A stretch of 20,000 bases of DNA, from IMG/VR virus record IMGVR_UViG_3300044627_003678; one strand, written 5' to 3'. The notes below the pieces were generated by a model. It did no database searches, was not told where the DNA came from, and saw only the letters and a list, made by a program, of their open reading frames with translations. Position numbers and translations under genes: made by a program. Below, piece by piece: positions 16,703 to 20,000 of this stretch. This stretch comes from an uncultured virus (IMG/VR IMGVR_UViG_3300044627_003678). Its lineage: Duplodnaviria > Heunggongvirae > Uroviricota > Caudoviricetes. How positions within the stretch are numbered: the first letter of the stretch is position 1; each line of letters begins with the position of its first letter.

Positions 16703-17517
16703 GTAACCAGTATCAAAGAATAGTAATTTATCCAAAAATAGAGGTATATAGAAATTTATTGCCAAATGTAGAAGATTTATATCAAACTATGAAAGAATCT
16801 GAAAAAACATCTGATGGCAAATACTATTTAAGAAAATGGGATAAGTGGTCAGTTTTTGGAACCTATACTCAACAAAAACACGAAGATTCAGAAGCTAGAG
16901 AGTATGGCGAAATGTATGATAAAGAAAAACTTTTATCTGATAGTGTTTATGAAGCATATAACATTGCAATAAATGAATATATAAAAAACAATAATGTTGT
17001 TATGCCAGAGGGAGCGCAATTAATGTCTTCCTCATTTTCAAAATATAAAAAAGATTTAGATGTTTTAGAAAATAATCTAGCAATGCAGTATCACACAGAT
17101 TTTAAAATATTTGAAGCTGAATGGCCAGGTTCAAAGTTTTTTTTAACATGCACAACATACATTAATGACGACTATGATGGTGGAGATATTGAATTTTTTA
17201 TAGATGGACAATTTGTTTCACACAAGCCAAAAGCGGGAGACATTTTAGTCTTCCCTTCAGTGCCACCATATTTTCATGGAGTAAAAACAATTAAAAAAGG
17301 AGAAAAGTTTTTTGTAAGAAACTTTATTACCTATATTTCAGACGGGTCACAATCTTGGTTAAATAGTCAAAAAATTTATGGACCTAGAGAATGGCTTAAA
17401 ATAGAAGAAGAAAGAATTAAAAGAGAAATGCCAGAAGCAATGCTTTATTTTGAAGATGGAAAACAAATAAAGTATTCAGAAAAAATGAAAAATAATGAAA
17501 ACAACAATACTATGTGA
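16699..17517 (+). CDS. 2OG-Fe(II) oxygenase, P4H-like (#5)
   Basis: HTD...YINDDYDGGDIEF...YFHGV...KFF. ATGA overlap with the upstream gene, RBS AAGGAG. Confidence 0.88.
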   Translation: MSNQYQRIVIYPKIEVYRNLLPNVEDLYQTMKESEKTSDGKYYLRKWDKWSVFGTYTQQKHEDSEAREYGEMYDKEKLLSDSVYEAYNIAINEYIKNNNVVMPEGAQLMSSSFSKYKKDLDVLENNLAMQYHTDFKIFEAEWPGSKFFLTCTTYINDDYDGGDIEFFIDGQFVSHKPKAGDILVFPSVPPYFHGVKTIKKGEKFFVRNFITYISDGSQSWLNSQKIYGPREWLKIEEERIKREMPEAMLYFEDGKQIKYSEKMKNNENNNTM

Positions 17518-18097
17518 TAATGTTGTATATTATGAAAATTTAATTGATGATTTAAATCATTTTATTAATTTAATTAATGATGTAGAACAAGAAAATGCAA
17601 ATATTTTTTCTAATTGGAAGCCATGGTATGCTAGTAATGCAAATGTGCTATATGGAGAATTTAGAGAGGCTTCATTTACAAATATATTAAATAATTGTAA
17701 TGAAGAATCAAGTTCTTTTATTATTGCAAAAACTCTTAAAAACTTAATAGATTTTTGTGTAGAGGATTATTGTAAAAAAACTAATCAAGATTCTGGGTAC
17801 ATGCCAGACCATTTTACAATAAGAAAATATAATACAAGTGCATACATGGGTCCTCACGTAGATACGGAAGATATTTATAACATTAAGCAACCATCAATTT
17901 CAATGGTATTCTATTTAAACGATGATTATGAGGGTGGAGAAATAGAGTTTCCAAATCAAGGAATTAAGATTAAGCCATCTGCTGGAAGCTTAGTAATTTT
18001 TCCATCTTATCAGCCATATATGCATGATCCAAAACCAACAAAATCTGGTTTAAAATATATGATACCTCTTTTTTGGTTTAAAGAGAAATTTTGGTAA
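17495..18097 (+). CDS. 2OG-Fe(II) oxygenase, P4H-like (#6)
   Basis: HVD...YLNDDYEGGEIEF...YMH...KYM. Confidence 0.88.
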   Translation: MKTTILCDNVVYYENLIDDLNHFINLINDVEQENANIFSNWKPWYASNANVLYGEFREASFTNILNNCNEESSSFIIAKTLKNLIDFCVEDYCKKTNQDSGYMPDHFTIRKYNTSAYMGPHVDTEDIYNIKQPSISMVFYLNDDYEGGEIEFPNQGIKIKPSAGSLVIFPSYQPYMHDPKPTKSGLKYMIPLFWFKEKFW

Positions 18098-18127
18098 TTT
18101 ACAATTTTTTAAAATTTAGGGTATAAT
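18098..18127 (+). promoter_or_regulatory. Promoter for a probable leaderless mRNA
   Basis: TTTACA (18098-18103), an 18 bp spacer, then TATAAT (18122-18127). The ATG is 6 nt further on and there is no clear SD. Confidence 0.6.
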
Positions 18128-18133
18128 TAAAAG

Positions 18134-20000
18134 ATGTCTAATAAATTAATGGTTATGAAAGATAACCCAATAGGATTCTGGACACTTGATAGTGCTCAAA
18201 ATGGCACGCTAAAAGATTTTTCTGGATGCAATAATGATGCATCATATAGTGGAATTTTTGATACATCAACCAAAATGATACCATTATCATTAGGCGGACA
18301 AAACTGTTTAGAGGTTAATTCAGACAATAATATAAATTTTCCAATAATAAACGGGTACTACCAGAATAATTTCCCAGGAGGATTCGGCACAGTTTATTAC
18401 GGAGATAATGATTTTACATTAGAATGCTGGATATATCCTAAAATATATACGGATAAAATAACAAAAATACTTGGAGATGCTTCTAAAAATATTGGAATAT
18501 TCTATAAAGATAAAAATATAATTTTTAAATTAGACCAAGAGTCTTTAGAGTATAATCTTCCATATGTAAATAAATCAATTCACATTGTATGTGTTTATTT
18601 AGTCAAAGAGGCTCATATCTATATAGACGGCATATTATGTATTAGTAAAAATATAGAAGGCAATCCATTTACAAATACTCAAGTATTAATATCATCTGGC
18701 CCTACATCTGACACACAAGATACTTTTTTGATAGATGATGTAGCAATATATAGATATGGGCTACCAAGTACAAAAATTTTAGATCATTATTTAAATGATA
18801 GTTACACCAGTCCAGCACAAATATCACAATCTGACAACGGAGAAATTTTTGAGTTCTATGATACAGACATTAGTAAAGTTTTTTCATATTCATATCCATT
18901 TAATAGATCATGGCAAGAATTAATAACAGAAGATCTTTATTATGATCAAACAAATCAATATATACAAATAAAAAGTAGTGAAATCCCAGAAGAAAAAAGT
19001 ATTGTTTTAGAAGACACTATATTTTTGCCAGCTGCAATAACAATGAATTCTTCAAAAATAGATTGGTTTGGAGACAGTGGAGTTACTGTAGAAACTAGCA
19101 CAGACGGAATAAATTATTTTTTATGTTCAAATGGAGAATCTATACCACAATATAATTCTTTAGAATTTAATGATAGTAGACTTTTAAATATAAGAATAAC
19201 AATCTCTTCTGAAGATATATCTAAATATTTACCAAAATTATATAATTTAAATATTAGCTTTTATAATAATCAAATTATGTATTCAAAAAATGGATCAGGG
19301 TATTTATCCAAAATTGAAAATTTAGAATACTATTTGGGATCAAAAAAATATTCAGTTGTATCTAGAGATTTAAGAAATGGGATATTATCGCCAAGCGAAT
19401 CTGGATTTAAAATTAATTTAACTAATAAAATAAAAAGCATTGAGTTTTTTTATACCCCATTTTTCCTGCTTCCAGTAACCGATGCAGAAATTGTAAACAT
19501 TCCTTTATCTCAAAACAATGTTATTAATGCTGAAATTAATCCAAATACAGAAACTATAGACGTAAACCCAGCAGAAGTGGTAGACCTACTTCCTAAATTT
19601 AGCGGATTAATTTTACAAGATTCAACAGAAACTGGGTATTATTGGGATAGTCTAGGAAATGTCAATAAAGATAATATTGACTCTATATACGTAAATGGTG
19701 TGGATGCGACCCCAGAAACTAATATTTCTAATATATTTAAATATAATAATTTATATCATGTAGTCATTAACTTAACGGAGCCAGTAGAAGGGGAATTAAC
19801 TATAAATCATAAATCTAATGGATCGGTAAAGGCTCTATATCAATATATGTCATTTTACCAAAATTCATTAGATTATAATAAGATTATTAATCATTATGAT
19901 TTATATACCTCTAGGCAGTCCTATCAAACCAGCGGATCTTCCATAACCTTGTCCGAAAATTCAGTAAACCTATATAATAATGACTGGCTTGTGATACAAA
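18134..20000 (+). CDS. LamG/concanavalin-A-like domain virion protein, 3'-truncated (not in the ORF track)
   Basis: My translation is open for 622 codons to the window end: MSNKLMVMKDNPIGFWTLD...KDFSG.NN...DFTLECWIYP...HIVCVY....IYIDG...IDDVAIYRYGL....ILDHY. Confidence 0.82.
   Translation, partial: MSNKLMVMKDNPIGFWTLDSAQNGTLKDFSGCNNDASYSGIFDTSTKMIPLSLGGQNCLEVNSDNNINFPIINGYYQNNFPGGFGTVYYGDNDFTLECWIYPKIYTDKITKILGDASKNIGIFYKDKNIIFKLDQESLEYNLPYVNKSIHIVCVYLVKEAHIYIDGILCISKNIEGNPFTNTQVLISSGPTSDTQDTFLIDDVAIYRYGLPSTKILDHYLNDSYTSPAQISQSDNGEIFEFYDTDISKVFSYSYPFNRSWQELITEDLYYDQTNQYIQIKSSEIPEEKSIVLEDTIFLPAAITMNSSKIDWFGDSGVTVETSTDGINYFLCSNGESIPQYNSLEFNDSRLLNIRITISSEDISKYLPKLYNLNISFYNNQIMYSKNGSGYLSKIENLEYYLGSKKYSVVSRDLRNGILSPSESGFKINLTNKIKSIEFFYTPFFLLPVTDAEIVNIPLSQNNVINAEINPNTETIDVNPAEVVDLLPKFSGLILQDSTETGYYWDSLGNVNKDNIDSIYVNGVDATPETNISNIFKYNNLYHVVINLTEPVEGELTINHKSNGSVKALYQYMSFYQNSLDYNKIINHYDLYTSRQSYQTSGSSITLSENSVNLYNNDWLVIQ

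Noticed and set aside
12526..18097. Oxygenases as TET/JBP or AlkB DNA-modifying enzymes
   Set aside because: The motifs (YLNDDYEGGE.F, KP.AG....FPS) are P4H-like, and no methylase or nucleotide-modification genes are adjacent. This is not formally excluded.
1..20000. tRNA or rRNA genes, integrase, transposase, alternative genetic code
   Set aside because: Intergenic gaps are short, with no cloverleaf or recombinase motifs seen. Genes are intact in the standard code, with TAA, TAG and TGA all used as stops.

Overview
The window is part of an AT-rich tailed-phage genome with all genes on the + strand; overall it resembles large uncultured aquatic phages (inference). In order it holds a 5'-truncated GT-B glycosyltransferase, a class II (B12-dependent) ribonucleotide reductase, a holin-like membrane protein and about eight virion or tail-fibre genes built from shared modules. 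The most striking element follows: a 453-aa protein with two FN3-like domains, 15 tandem FF(A/S)PPG-type hexapeptides and a C-terminal Hint (intein-like) domain. Directly downstream is a tightly packed eight-gene cluster with its own promoter, encoding six prolyl-4-hydroxylase-like 2OG-Fe(II) oxygenases and two DUF6065-like proteins. I propose this as a candidate phage-encoded precursor-plus-tailoring-enzyme system; the functional link is inferred, not shown. The window ends in a long LamG-like ORF missing from the supplied track (18134 to >20000), probably on a leaderless transcript. All family assignments come from motif recognition by eye, not database searches.
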